Origin: a virus
Reading direction: 5' to 3' (one strand)
DNA length: 45,668 nucleotides
Virus record (IMG/VR): IMGVR_UViG_3300015203_000005
Span: 1 to 45,668 of that record
The translations under genes were made by a program, and so were the position numbers. This document shows, in pieces, positions 1 through 7,679 of this stretch (its first letter is position 1; each line of letters starts with the position of its first letter). The notes below the pieces were generated by a model. The model did not search any database, was not told the origin of the DNA, and saw only the letters and a list, made by a program, of their open reading frames with translations.

Positions 1-99
1 TTTTTACCTAGAGCCGCAGGAAGTATTTATTCTCGAAGATAGCTTTGTACCTAATTTCCAGCGCAATTTTTTATTGCCTCAGTCGCGCCTTGTTGGATT
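1..99. repeat. Terminal overlap identical to 45570-45668 (circular closure or terminal redundancy)
   Basis: tttttacctagagccgcagg...cgccttgttggatt is present at both window ends, 99/99 identical. Confidence 0.95.
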
Positions 100-874
100 G
101 GATATGGCGGTGAGTAATATATGTGCAGCGATGGAGGCTGACAATGTATTGTTAAAGAAGAAAGGGCCGCTCGGTTTTATATCCCATGATGCGGCAGCGA
201 CTAAGGATAGTACGGCTGGTTATATCCCAATGGATGATGAAGAGAAAAAAGATTTACAGGACGATCTTTCGCGTTATGGTATGTCATGGGATCAATTTCA
301 ATTCGTTGTCAGTAAGACGGCAGTGAAGTGGAACCCCATGTCGTTCGATGTAAAACAGCTTGGAACTAAGGAGACAGTATTGGCCGGGGCGAGAGCGATT
401 TGTCAACGTTACGGTTTTCCATTTGTGTTATTTGAAGATAGTGATGCTACGTATGCGAATCAGGAAAGTGCACACAAAAAATTGTACGACGGGAATATTG
501 TACCAAATAATCAACGCGATCTGACAAAGTATAATATGTTTTTCAAAGCGTTGGATAATAATTGTAAGTTGGTGATGGACTTTAGTCACTTGGCTATTTA
601 TCAAGAGGATGAACTTAATGCTGGTCGCGCCCGTGCGTACAATGATCAGGGTTTGCAAATGGAATACCTGAATGATATTATTACTAAGAATCAATGGCTT
701 GAAAAGTTGGGATTGGATATGATCGGGCCAGAAGGGGATAAACTGTATTCACAAAGTGCCGGCAAACTTGCGAATGATAATGTAAAACTTACTCAAATTG
801 CGGCAAAGCCATCAATGAACGGAAATGGAAAGCAAACGCAACCTATTATATCAGATAATATAACTTCAAATTAG
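1..874 (+). CDS. Portal protein, C-terminal part (same ORF as 44992..45668, joined across the circular junction; about 483 aa in total)
   Basis: The frame open at the window end re-enters at base 2 through the 99-bp overlap and stops at 872-874. Lies between large terminase and prohead protease. Size is typical of a portal. Confidence 0.8.
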   Translation, partial: FYLEPQEVFILEDSFVPNFQRNFLLPQSRLVGLDMAVSNICAAMEADNVLLKKKGPLGFISHDAAATKDSTAGYIPMDDEEKKDLQDDLSRYGMSWDQFQFVVSKTAVKWNPMSFDVKQLGTKETVLAGARAICQRYGFPFVLFEDSDATYANQESAHKKLYDGNIVPNNQRDLTKYNMFFKALDNNCKLVMDFSHLAIYQEDELNAGRARAYNDQGLQMEYLNDIITKNQWLEKLGLDMIGPEGDKLYSQSAGKLANDNVKLTQIAAKPSMNGNGKQTQPIISDNITSN

Positions 875-875
875 T

Positions 876-1022
876 ATGGATACACCAAATTCACCAATGA
901 CACCAGATAATACTTTAGGTGGCAGTGCATATTTGCCGAAGCCTAAAGTAGCTAAAGGAGTAACGAAGGCACCCAGGGTGCAGCCAACATTTGCGAAAAA
1001 AGTTTTAAAAGGAAAAAAATGA
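876..1022 (+). CDS. 48-aa protein sharing the NSPMTP-NTLGGSAYLPKP motif with the major capsid protein
   Basis: ATG 2 nt after the portal stop; its stop overlaps the next ATG (ATGA-type coupling). 18/19 aa identical to MCP residues ~194-212, with weaker similarity over ~38 aa. Confidence 0.45.
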   Translation: MDTPNSPMTPDNTLGGSAYLPKPKVAKGVTKAPRVQPTFAKKVLKGKK

Positions 1023-1150
1023 TGGTTACAAAATCAAAAGCGGAACCTGTAGGTAGTCGTACCAAAAGAATATTGGTGCATAATGAAATCGGTAAGGCAG
1101 ATAACAAGAGTTATCAAGAGAAAGTAGCGGAGAGTACAAAGAAAAAGTAA
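1022..1150 (+). CDS. 42-aa lysine-rich hypothetical protein
   Basis: ATG overlaps the preceding TGA. Fills the gap before the protease. Below the ORF-track cutoff, translated by hand. Confidence 0.35.
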   Translation: MVTKSKAEPVGSRTKRILVHNEIGKADNKSYQEKVAESTKKK

Positions 1151-1155
1151 AGTGT

Positions 1156-1791
1156 ATGAAACTTAAGAATTTTAAATCCGGTGTAGTGGACGTTACTGAA
1201 AAAGGTATCGTTACTATTTCTATATCCAAGTTTGATAATGAGGATTTGGGTGGCGATATAGTGCGTAAGGGGGCGTTTATGAAAACATTCAGCGAAAGCG
1301 GCAGCCGTATCAAACATGTAATAGATCATGAACTACGGTATAAAGGTATAGTGGGGCTGCCTGTAAAGATGTACGAAACTTCTACTCATGCTGTTGTTGA
1401 GTCAGCGTTGAATCTTGAGAAACAAACTGCGCGTGATCTTTTTAGCGATTACAAATTTTTCAAAGAGCATCAAAAGACATTGGAGCATTCATATGCCTAT
1501 GAGACAGTACGCGGTAAGGCCATACCGATGAAAGGTGAAGAAATACACGAGCTGAAGATGTATGAGTATTCTACCGTGGCTTTGGGTATGAATCCAGAAA
1601 CGTCGTTACTAGATATAAAATCGTTTGGCGGAGTTGAGGCTTTGGAAGGCTATTTACGTAAATATGATGTATCTGGTAAACGTGCGAAAGAAATTGAAGC
1701 GATTATTAAACAGATAAAACAACTTGGCACCCCTGAGTTGAACAGCACCCCTGACATGTTGGTGATCGGCGAGTATACGTTAACACTTTAA
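1156..1791 (+). CDS. Prohead maturation protease (HK97 gp4 / S78-like)
   Basis: N-terminal DNEDLGGDIVRKGAF...IKHVIDHE pattern typical of HK97-family prohead proteases. Located between portal and capsid genes. Confidence 0.8.
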   Translation: MKLKNFKSGVVDVTEKGIVTISISKFDNEDLGGDIVRKGAFMKTFSESGSRIKHVIDHELRYKGIVGLPVKMYETSTHAVVESALNLEKQTARDLFSDYKFFKEHQKTLEHSYAYETVRGKAIPMKGEEIHELKMYEYSTVALGMNPETSLLDIKSFGGVEALEGYLRKYDVSGKRAKEIEAIIKQIKQLGTPELNSTPDMLVIGEYTLTL

Positions 1792-1806
1792 AAAAAATTA
1801 AACAAG

Positions 1807-3282
1807 ATGAAAAACGAACTTGGAAAAAATGTAACTGCATTTAAGCGGTTGTTCAAGTTCCCAGAAATCCGAACTGGATGGGGACTTTTTGCAATTTGTT
1901 TTATGCTAACGCTTGCCGTTGTGGTGAGTGCTGTATATCATCCGTTGGCAGGATTTGCGATGTTGGCCATTGCGCCAGTATTGCGGTTCAAACGGGATGG
2001 GATGACGGCTGATAATATTAAGTATTTGGAAATGCTTGAAAAGCAGTTCGAAGGATTTCCAGAGACGATGACAAAGGAAGAGATTGAGGTGCAGGTTAAG
2101 AAATTTAGTAATGAGGAGTTTGAGAAGCGTGTAACGGCTTTACTTAAGGATATTGATCCTGAAAAGCTAAAAGCACTCTTATCAGATGATTCAAAAGGTA
2201 TTAAGGCTATTTTGCTTGCGCAAGGTGAAGCTATTACGGCTCTTAAGGCCGGTAAAGCAGCAGAAGAAGAGGTTATTAAAAGCATACGCACTCAGGTAAA
2301 GGAATGGCAAACGACAAACAAAGATGCTATTGCTAAAGTAAAAGCGATGCAGTCTAAAGACTTACCCGAGTTTCAGCTTAAGGTAAACAGTCCGATGACG
2401 CCCGCCAATACTCTTGGTGGATCAGCGTATTTGCCTAAACCTGAATATATGCCAGGTGTTATTGATCTGGTTCGTATCCAGCCTGTGTTTTGGGATTATA
2501 TTACAAAAGGCCGCACTGGCTCTGCTGCGTATGTGTGGATAAACAAAACTACTCCGCTTGGTGCTGCTGCTTGGATTGCGCCTGGTGTATTGAAGCCTGG
2601 TGTCAGTTTTCAGTTGGCATCTGAAATTTCGGTGGCTAAAAAAATTGCCGCATCAGACAAAACCACTACTGAGTTACTTGACGATATTGATGGGATGACT
2701 ACATTCATTACTCAAGAGTTGCAGTACCAGTTGTATGCTAAGTTGAATACTGTACTTATGACAAGTGCGTTGAGTTCCACTCAGCCGGCCGGCATTCAAA
2801 CCGTTAGCGTACCATTTAGTGCGGCTGGTCTTGCGACTGCCAACCCTAATAACATGGATTGTATTCGTGCTATTGTAGCACAACTCCGTGGAGCAAACTT
2901 CGGCATATCATACGGTCCGGTTACGGTGTTTATTAATCCGATTGACGCTGCTAATATGGATATGGCAAAGGCTTCGACTAGTGGTGTGTATATTTTACCT
3001 CCATTTGTTACTGCCGATGGCCGGTCAATTGCCGGTGCCATCGTAGTAGAGGACAATAATGTACCAGTTGGTTATATTCAAGCCGCGTTACTTAACTTGT
3101 TTAAGGTTCTTATCTATAAGGATGTGACGCTGACTTGGGGTTGGGAAAACGATGACTTCACGAAGAATCTTATTACAGCCATTATTGAAATGAGGCTTCA
3201 TTCGTTTCACAGTGCAAACTATAACGGAGCATTTATTTATGACACGTTCGCAAACATCAAAGCCCTAATTGTGGCAGTATAA
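1807..3282 (+). CDS. Major capsid protein, HK97 fold, with a ~190-aa N-terminal delta/scaffold-like region
   Basis: Directly follows the protease. Coiled-coil-like N-terminal third, then an NTLGGSAYLP N-arm-type motif and a long beta-rich C-terminal part. 491 aa. Confidence 0.85.
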   Translation: MKNELGKNVTAFKRLFKFPEIRTGWGLFAICFMLTLAVVVSAVYHPLAGFAMLAIAPVLRFKRDGMTADNIKYLEMLEKQFEGFPETMTKEEIEVQVKKFSNEEFEKRVTALLKDIDPEKLKALLSDDSKGIKAILLAQGEAITALKAGKAAEEEVIKSIRTQVKEWQTTNKDAIAKVKAMQSKDLPEFQLKVNSPMTPANTLGGSAYLPKPEYMPGVIDLVRIQPVFWDYITKGRTGSAAYVWINKTTPLGAAAWIAPGVLKPGVSFQLASEISVAKKIAASDKTTTELLDDIDGMTTFITQELQYQLYAKLNTVLMTSALSSTQPAGIQTVSVPFSAAGLATANPNNMDCIRAIVAQLRGANFGISYGPVTVFINPIDAANMDMAKASTSGVYILPPFVTADGRSIAGAIVVEDNNVPVGYIQAALLNLFKVLIYKDVTLTWGWENDDFTKNLITAIIEMRLHSFHSANYNGAFIYDTFANIKALIVAV

Positions 3283-3286
3283 AACT

Positions 3287-3538
3287 ATGGTAAAGGATGA
3301 AGAAGATGTAGCAGGTATTACCGGCATTCCGGGTACTGGCAAGGCTGGAAAGAAACCAGGAAAAACTACCCCAAGTTATCTCGACAAAGATGGTAACACG
3401 GTGGATTTTAATAAACGTGTGAAGCTTAAGGCAACTGATAAGGCTTTGTTCCATAATAAGGATAAAGTGTTTGAGGCCGGATTGGTATTGGCGAATAAGA
3501 TGGTAGCTGACGGTCACGCAGAACTTGTAAAAGAATAA
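3287..3538 (+). CDS. Hypothetical head-module protein (83 aa)
   Basis: ORF 3269..3538; the first ATG after the MCP stop is 3287 (MVKDEED...). Confidence 0.5.
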   Translation: MVKDEEDVAGITGIPGTGKAGKKPGKTTPSYLDKDGNTVDFNKRVKLKATDKALFHNKDKVFEAGLVLANKMVADGHAELVKE

Positions 3539-3542
3539 CAAA

Positions 3543-3983
3543 ATGAAAAAGCTATTATTTATTTTATTTGCGTTTGCCGGTATAGTATCGGTAAGCGCGC
3601 AGTCGATTGCAGTTGTAAAGATGCGAACCGCTGCAAATGTAGACTCGGCGATCGTAACTAATGCCGGTACAAGTGTGTTGATACTGGGCTTGACGTCTAA
3701 AAAAGCGTTGTCTATTCAAGCTAACTTTGTTAAGGTTAGCGGCACGTTAGCTGGTACAGTTACACTCATGGGGAGTAACGATGGTGTAAACTATGTGGCA
3801 ATAACAGATGCTACGTCAACGCCAACCATTACTACTTATGCGGTTACCGACGCCGGAACGTATGCCGTGCCAATCGTTACCCGATGGTTTCTGGCTGATC
3901 ATACCATGCAGTATTATAAACTTTCATGGCTTGGCACTGGAACGATGGTCGGGTATATGAAGGCGCGACTTTTAGCCAATTAG
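3543..3983 (+). CDS. Beta-rich 146-aa protein with an N-terminal Sec-type signal peptide (MKKLLFILFAFAGIVSVSA-Q)
   Basis: ORF track. N-terminus has a basic n-region, hydrophobic core and A-Q junction. Confidence 0.6.
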   Translation: MKKLLFILFAFAGIVSVSAQSIAVVKMRTAANVDSAIVTNAGTSVLILGLTSKKALSIQANFVKVSGTLAGTVTLMGSNDGVNYVAITDATSTPTITTYAVTDAGTYAVPIVTRWFLADHTMQYYKLSWLGTGTMVGYMKARLLAN

Positions 3984-3988
3984 ATTTT

Positions 3989-4732
3989 ATGTTTATAACT
4001 GCTGCCGATTTCGGGGACATTCCATACAACTTACCGGGTATTACAAAAGCCGGTGCAGTTGATACCTTTACACAGTTTATAACTGATATGGAGGACGAGT
4101 GGCTTCGTAAGTTGGTTGGTAATCTGTTTTATGACGCTATGGTTGCCGGTGTCGGCGCCTTACCAGCTACGTGGACTGCCACTAAGGTGTACGTCATTAA
4201 TGATCTTGCCGTATATCAAAGTAAAGTATGGAAAGCGTTAGCTGCTGGGGTATTGCCTGCGCCGATTGTCGGAGTGAATTGGGCATTGAATCCTGATCCG
4301 CTCGTTGACAGGTGGTTATTGCTTCGTGACGGCAAGAGTTATAAGATTGCCAGTATTCCATCGTGTCCTACTTTTAATTGGGTGGGGATGCGGCGGATGA
4401 TTCAACCTTTGATTTATTCATTATGGTTACGAATCACGACACGAAGCAATACCGGGCAGGGCATCGTTGTTAGTGCCAATGAAAACTCGGAGTTGGTTAG
4501 TCCTGGATATGAGATCGTCAAAGCATGGCGAATTTATACCAGGGTAGCATCAAAAGCGTTTGGTTTTTCAAGGTTGCAAATCTTATCCGTGGAGAATAGT
4601 TTCTATGGGTATCTAGTAGCCAATGCAACGAACTTTAATGATGTTGTGACTGACGGCAGTTATATAGACTTTCTTACTTACATACAAAATCAATTTAATT
4701 CACCAGGTCGGATGAACGAGTTTGATATATGA
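3989..4732 (+). CDS. Head-tail module protein with one CBM5/12-like aromatic repeat
   Basis: ORF 3926..4732; ATG 3989 lies just after the upstream stop. Contains TWTATKVYVINDLAVYQSKVWKAL...NW. Confidence 0.6.
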   Translation: MFITAADFGDIPYNLPGITKAGAVDTFTQFITDMEDEWLRKLVGNLFYDAMVAGVGALPATWTATKVYVINDLAVYQSKVWKALAAGVLPAPIVGVNWALNPDPLVDRWLLLRDGKSYKIASIPSCPTFNWVGMRRMIQPLIYSLWLRITTRSNTGQGIVVSANENSELVSPGYEIVKAWRIYTRVASKAFGFSRLQILSVENSFYGYLVANATNFNDVVTDGSYIDFLTYIQNQFNSPGRMNEFDI

Positions 4733-5289
4733 TCCCAGGTGTCGAAATACCTATTAACCCTTTTATCGGTGACGACATTGGAACTGTTGTCGCCGCGATG
4801 CGCACAGTCATAGACGGACCGCCATATTTTATGTACGGTCACCGAACAGAAATCGCAAGTCGTTTAAGGGAGTTAGCAAAATACAAGACGACACAGGAAA
4901 AACGTTATCCGCTTATTGCGTTGCGTGTGGATATTCCAGGCGAGGTGGTTGGAAATGTAAAAGTTTTCAATAGCCTTAACATTGGAATTATTACCGTGAC
5001 CGATCGCGGCTATAATGCCGAAGAGCGGATGGCAAACGTTATCAAGCCAATTCTTTATCCACTTTATTATCAGTTCCTCCGGGGACTGAAAACGAGTGGG
5101 CTGTTCATGTGGCCTAAAGGGCAAAAATTTCCTGACCACGTTCCGATTGAGCGTTTCTTTTGGGGTGTTGGTTATACCGGAGCAGGCGCGGGTGCTGAAC
5201 CTGGTAGCACTAAAGAGTTGTTTGACGACCCAGTGGATGCGATTGAAATTGTGAATTTAAAATTAAATACTACTTTTAAAACCTGCTGA
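4729..5289 (+). CDS. Head-tail joining / tail completion candidate (186 aa)
   Basis: ATGA overlap with the upstream gene. Function guessed from position only. Confidence 0.55.
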   Translation: MIPGVEIPINPFIGDDIGTVVAAMRTVIDGPPYFMYGHRTEIASRLRELAKYKTTQEKRYPLIALRVDIPGEVVGNVKVFNSLNIGIITVTDRGYNAEERMANVIKPILYPLYYQFLRGLKTSGLFMWPKGQKFPDHVPIERFFWGVGYTGAGAGAEPGSTKELFDDPVDAIEIVNLKLNTTFKTC

Positions 5290-5306
5290 AAGGCAGTTAA
5301 AAAAAT

Positions 5307-6182
5307 ATGGGATTACTGGATTGTAATGTGGATGTTGACAATCTTGGGATAATCAAGTGCAATAAGTTTCCTCAGATGCCCAAATTGATTGTCGAAACGC
5401 CACCGACGCTTTTCTTTACTCCTGCCGATGCGGTTGATCCAACCAAATGGCAGGCTAAGTTGAAGGCGGCGGTCGGGGCGCGGATTTATTTGTGGCCAGA
5501 AGCCGACAATTTCACCGATAAGAGCGAAGCGTTTGTTTACCAAACGACTCCACTGTCGATGATTCCTGTCCGGCCAGGTCGGTATCAGTGGACGTTGGAG
5601 TATTCAAAAAGTTTGTGCTACCATAAAGCTATGTACAGTCATAGCGGCAAGGGTAATCGCATATTCGTTTTGGATATTGCGAATCAGCTTCTTGGTACGT
5701 TGGATTCGTTGGGTAATTTTCGTGGGCTAACTCTCCAACTTCTACAAACGGAAAAACTGATTATCTCCAATGGTACAATAGCTACTGTATCACCTGTTCA
5801 TGTTGTGTTGGCTGACAGTACCGAGATAGATCAAAACGGCGCTATGATAGACGGAACTTTTCTTAATTCTCTGTATCCGTTGACAGACGTGGTTATAAAT
5901 GTGCTGACTCATTCGGCAGCTATCTTGAAAGTACAGGTGTTGACGCAGTGTGACAATACACCTGTGATCGGATTGGTAAAAGCTGACTTTGTGGTGGTGA
6001 AGGCATCTGATGGGACGGCGCAGGTTATTCTAGCGTCAACCGATAACTTGGATGGAACCTACACATTTACCACGGCAAGTGCCTGGGTGAGTGGTTCGGT
6101 TGATCTGGTTGCGGCTACGGCGCTGTCGTTGGTAGTTGGTGCGTACGAGACTGAAGGGCCGACAATTTTTGCGGTACCTTAG
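5307..6182 (+). CDS. Major tail (tube) protein candidate with a C-terminal Ig-like segment
   Basis: Last large ORF before the chaperone/tape-measure block. C-terminal part ADFVVVKASDGTAQVILASTDNLDGTYTFT resembles Ig-like tail decorations. Confidence 0.5.
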   Translation: MGLLDCNVDVDNLGIIKCNKFPQMPKLIVETPPTLFFTPADAVDPTKWQAKLKAAVGARIYLWPEADNFTDKSEAFVYQTTPLSMIPVRPGRYQWTLEYSKSLCYHKAMYSHSGKGNRIFVLDIANQLLGTLDSLGNFRGLTLQLLQTEKLIISNGTIATVSPVHVVLADSTEIDQNGAMIDGTFLNSLYPLTDVVINVLTHSAAILKVQVLTQCDNTPVIGLVKADFVVVKASDGTAQVILASTDNLDGTYTFTTASAWVSGSVDLVAATALSLVVGAYETEGPTIFAVP

Positions 6183-6270
6183 TGGTATAAATGGTTAACC
6201 TAGCCCGTACTCGGATAATACCCGTAAGTATGACCGCGTGCGGCTAGTTTCCATTATAAACTAAAAAAGT

Positions 6271-6582
6271 ATGTGGTGGATATGGAACGAAATTAAAAAA
6301 CAAAACAGAAAGATCATGGGACAATTGGATGATTTAAGTGCGAAAGCGGATGCGCTAAGCGAAAAGGCAACAACGTTGCAGAATACGATTGATACAACAC
6401 AAGCGGCTATTGCAAATGCGATTGCAGCATTAATAAAACACGTAGCAGACTTGCAGGCTATTGTTGATGCTGGTGCCACGCTCGACCCAACGCAGTTGCA
6501 GGTGGTGGTGGATAAGCTGCAAGCTACGTCCGATAAGTTGGATGCAGCCAATACAGATGTAGCCTCAACTCCAACAGTGTAG
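6271..6582 (+). CDS. Coiled-coil hypothetical protein (start may be ATG 6316)
   Basis: ORF track. Heptad-like Ala/Leu/Gln-rich sequence. Confidence 0.5.
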   Translation: MWWIWNEIKKQNRKIMGQLDDLSAKADALSEKATTLQNTIDTTQAAIANAIAALIKHVADLQAIVDAGATLDPTQLQVVVDKLQATSDKLDAANTDVASTPTV

Positions 6583-7016
6583 TGGATATACAACAACTAA
6601 GGGACAAACTTGCCTCGGTAACGATTGACGAACAGGAACAGAATATACTAAGGATCATAAGAGACAATCAAAGCTACTTAGTTGACCTTAACACAGGTCA
6701 GCTCTTGCAGGGTGTCGATTCAGATTCTTTACCACTTCATCCGGCGTATCGTAGCAAATCGTATGCAGAGTTTAAACTGAGTTTGAATCCCTTAGGTGTT
6801 GTAGATTTAAAACTTACGGGTGCGTTTTATCAAGGATTTTTTATCGATGTAAGTAGATTTCCTTTAATGTTTGATTCTACAGATGAAAAAGCTGGCGAAC
6901 TTAAAGCTAAATATGGCGAGGCTATTTTTGGGTTGGATCGGGTCAGTAAAGAGGACTTGGTTGCGCATCTTAAAACGCAAATCCAAGACTACTACAAAAC
7001 TTTACTGGTCGTATGA
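6582..7016 (+). CDS. Tail assembly chaperone candidate (G-like)
   Basis: 144-aa ORF with a GTG start, two genes upstream of the tape measure. Its 3' end overlaps a second open frame. Confidence 0.5.
   Translation: MDIQQLRDKLASVTIDEQEQNILRIIRDNQSYLVDLNTGQLLQGVDSDSLPLHPAYRSKSYAEFKLSLNPLGVVDLKLTGAFYQGFFIDVSRFPLMFDSTDEKAGELKAKYGEAIFGLDRVSKEDLVAHLKTQIQDYYKTLLVV
6996..6999 (+). other. Candidate +1 slippery site A-AAA-A (a second one at 6972-6975)
   Basis: Lys codon AAA 6996-6998 is followed by A. Re-pairing at 6997-6999 puts the ribosome into the frame of ORF 6871..7620. Confidence 0.3.
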
Positions 7017-7620
7017 GGATATACCTTTGCGGGTGTATCTGGAAATATCCAACACCGGAAACGTGGCGCTGATCGCGAAGGATGGAACAATGGACCCGCA
7101 ATGTTTAACGGCATGGGACACGCTAGTGCAGAAGAACGCGAAGAACAGTAACGGCGACCTGGGATACTTAACATACGTTTCCAATCTGCGGGTGTTTGCT
7201 CAATTACTTGCTGACTATAATCTTATAAAGACTTGTTTGCTTAAATTATTCCTTTTACTTTTTGGTGCAGGTGTGCGGCTTAATGCCGACGACGAACTTA
7301 TACAATGGTTACGCCTGAAAGGTTATGCCATTGCAACGACTGGAAATGTGGCATACGCAACAAGTATTGAAGCGGCTATGCATGCCAGTGATTCCATTAC
7401 TACCCAACTTATTATGCGGCGGAACAAGTTGCTGGTAAAAACAAAAGAGACTGAAACAAACCAACCTGTATATATAGAAGATGTTATTGCTAATGCAAAT
7501 TTTGCTTTGGGGTATAATGCTATAGATGTTAACGTTACTCTCATTATGTACTTAGCGCAGCAAAAAGTAATTAAGGCTAAGAACGAAGCGCGCCAAAAAA
7601 CCAATAATGTAAAAAAATAA
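7000..7620 (+). CDS. T-like extension of the chaperone (frame +1 relative to 6582..7016), or an independently started overlapping gene (ATG 6883)
   Basis: ORF 6871..7620 overlaps the G-like ORF by 146 nt. Sequence downstream of 7000 looks protein-like (WSYEDIPLRVYLEISNTGNVALIAKDG...). Confidence 0.45.
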   Translation, partial: LYWSYEDIPLRVYLEISNTGNVALIAKDGTMDPQCLTAWDTLVQKNAKNSNGDLGYLTYVSNLRVFAQLLADYNLIKTCLLKLFLLLFGAGVRLNADDELIQWLRLKGYAIATTGNVAYATSIEAAMHASDSITTQLIMRRNKLLVKTKETETNQPVYIEDVIANANFALGYNAIDVNVTLIMYLAQQKVIKAKNEARQKTNNVKK

Positions 7621-7679
7621 TATGGCCAAGCAAGTTAAAAATGAACCACGTACACAAACCATTATAAAAGTATAATTGT

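Noticed and set aside
6871-7016. Canonical -1 frameshift for the tail chaperone
   Set aside because: The -1 frame closes at a TGA within ~60 nt of the overlap, and no X-XXY-YYZ heptamer leads into the open frame. Only a +1 (or -2) shift reaches ORF 6871..7620.
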